This document shows, piece after piece, positions 63,143 through 64,000 of a stretch of DNA of 64,000 nucleotides (the stretch's first letter is position 1; every line of letters begins with the position of its first letter). The stretch covers positions 128,001 to 192,000 of the forward strand of contig CAWGIE010000036.1 in assembly GCA_963822585.1 (NCBI GenBank), given 5' to 3'. This stretch comes from an uncultured bacterium. Lineage in GTDB: Bacteria; Auribacterota; Erginobacteria; Erginobacterales; Erginobacteraceae. The notes below the pieces were generated by a model. That model was given only the letters and a program-made list of their open reading frames with translations. It searched no databases and had not been told where the DNA came from. Position numbers and translations under genes: made by a program.

Positions 63143-63227
63143 AACCACGAAGAACACGAAGAAAAATAAAAAAATAAATACGATTCCGTCTTTTCTCATT
63201 CTTCAGGTCCTTCATGTTCTTCATGGT
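63143..63227. repeat. Head-to-head nonamer arrays (CACGAAGRR-type, degenerate)
   Basis: ACCACGAAGAACACGAAG ... CTTCAGGTCCTTCATGTTCTTCATGGT. Confidence 0.7.
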
Positions 63228-63237
63228 AAATATTCTC

Positions 63238-63627
63238 TTATTCGACGAGCTCCAGGGCGCCGACCGGGCAGGTCTTCACGCAGACACCGCATTGCAGGCA
63301 GATGATGGCGCCGAAATCGGGATGAAACTTGATGCCGCCATAGGGGCAGACGTCGATACAGATTCCGCACGAAGTGCACTTCTTGCTGTCTATCTTAACC
63401 GAACCGTTTTTTTCGGAGATGGCGCCTTCCGGGCAGGCTTTCAGACAGGGGCGCTCGCGGCACTGGACGCAGACAGTCATCCGGGTCTCGGTATCGGAGA
63501 TGCGGTCGATCTCCAGGCGGGCTTTTTTCGGGTTATTCACCTTAAAAAAGGTAAAAGCACAGATCATCTGGCAGCTCTGACAGCCGGAACAAATGTCGCT
63601 CTTATGAATCAGATGTTTCATCATCAT
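63238..63627 (-). CDS. 4Fe-4S dicluster (electron transfer) protein, AOR-associated
   Basis: CSGCQSCQMIC, CVQC...C...CP, CTSCGICIDVCP, CLQCGVCVKTCP. Confidence 0.92.
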   Translation of the reverse strand: MMMKHLIHKSDICSGCQSCQMICAFTFFKVNNPKKARLEIDRISDTETRMTVCVQCRERPCLKACPEGAISEKNGSVKIDSKKCTSCGICIDVCPYGGIKFHPDFGAIICLQCGVCVKTCPVGALELVE

Positions 63628-63676
63628 TTCCCTGGGTAAGAATTTATTAGTTCGTTTCCAGACATTGGATTGCCCG

Positions 63677-63762
63677 GGAGTACTGGAGTATTGGAATGTT
63701 GGAATACTGGAACTGGGGGCTCGCTTCCATTACTCCCCCACTCCAATATTCCATCACTCCAT
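63677..63762. repeat. Head-to-head octamer arrays (GGAGTRNT-type)
   Basis: GGAGTACT GGAGTATT GGAATGTT GGAATACT ... ATTACTCC CCCACTCC AATATTCC ATCACTCC. Confidence 0.85.
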
Positions 63763-64000
63763 CAGTTTTTATACAACTCCTCCTTCACGTCTTCTAGTCC
63801 CAGCTCGTCAAGAGTTTCGGGCCGGATCAAGCCATCCTCATCGTATCCCCAGAGACGATAGTAATCATCGAGCATGACATCAAGATGTACCACCTGGCCT
63901 TGGGCGGGGCCCTCTTCCTCCGGTTCTTTCAAGAAACGTTCCGGCAGCGTGTCGTCTTTCCGGCTCATCCCCTCCCGCTGGTTGAACGCTCTCCGGAGAA
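63762..64000 (-). CDS. Aldehyde ferredoxin oxidoreductase, C-terminal fragment (runs off window)
   Basis: ERSTSGR-side frame gives FNQREGMSRKDDTLPERF..EP...GPAQG...MLDDYY.LWGYDEDG....ETLDELGL. Confidence 0.88.
   Translation of the reverse strand, partial: LRRAFNQREGMSRKDDTLPERFLKEPEEEGPAQGQVVHLDVMLDDYYRLWGYDEDGLIRPETLDELGLEDVKEELYKN

Overview
Chromosomal segment of an anaerobic diderm bacterium (lineage not determinable from sequence alone; Pro/Thr-linker secreted protein, aldehyde:ferredoxin oxidoreductase and ORP-type Fe-S cluster are compatible with a PVC-related or deltaproteobacterial-like anaerobe). Left to right: (1) 1-2.4 kb, the end of an integron-type cassette array with three attC sites and an attI-like site inside it, but no integrase in the window; (2) two putative toxin-antitoxin-like gene pairs flanking tRNA-Phe(GAA); (3) malQ, galE, a CinA-like protein and a lipoprotein; (4) 10-28 kb, a long minus-strand Fe-S/redox/metal cluster (DUF134, DUF5320, NifB/NifX, COG1149 ATPases, Mrp, IscU-like, DUF364, MBL-fold, DUF89, pgl, trxB/trxA, radical SAM, 10-TM transporter) headed by a sigma70 promoter overlapped by a perfect 22-bp operator; (5) 28.6-59.4 kb, a polysaccharide locus whose central part (33.6-42.4 kb) is broken by frameshifts, a nonsense codon and a lost start codon, with an embedded REC-GAF histidine kinase/NtrC pair, two consensus sigma54 promoters and a ~1,900-aa multidomain secreted protein split by three +1 frameshifts; (6) two atypical REC proteins and redox genes ending in an AOR fragment. 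Many intergenic spaces carry small repeat elements: head-to-head arrays of 6-9-nt tandem repeats, a modular element with fixed ends and exchangeable repeat interior, and TA-flanked palindromic MITE-like elements. Product calls are from motif recognition only; no database searches were run.
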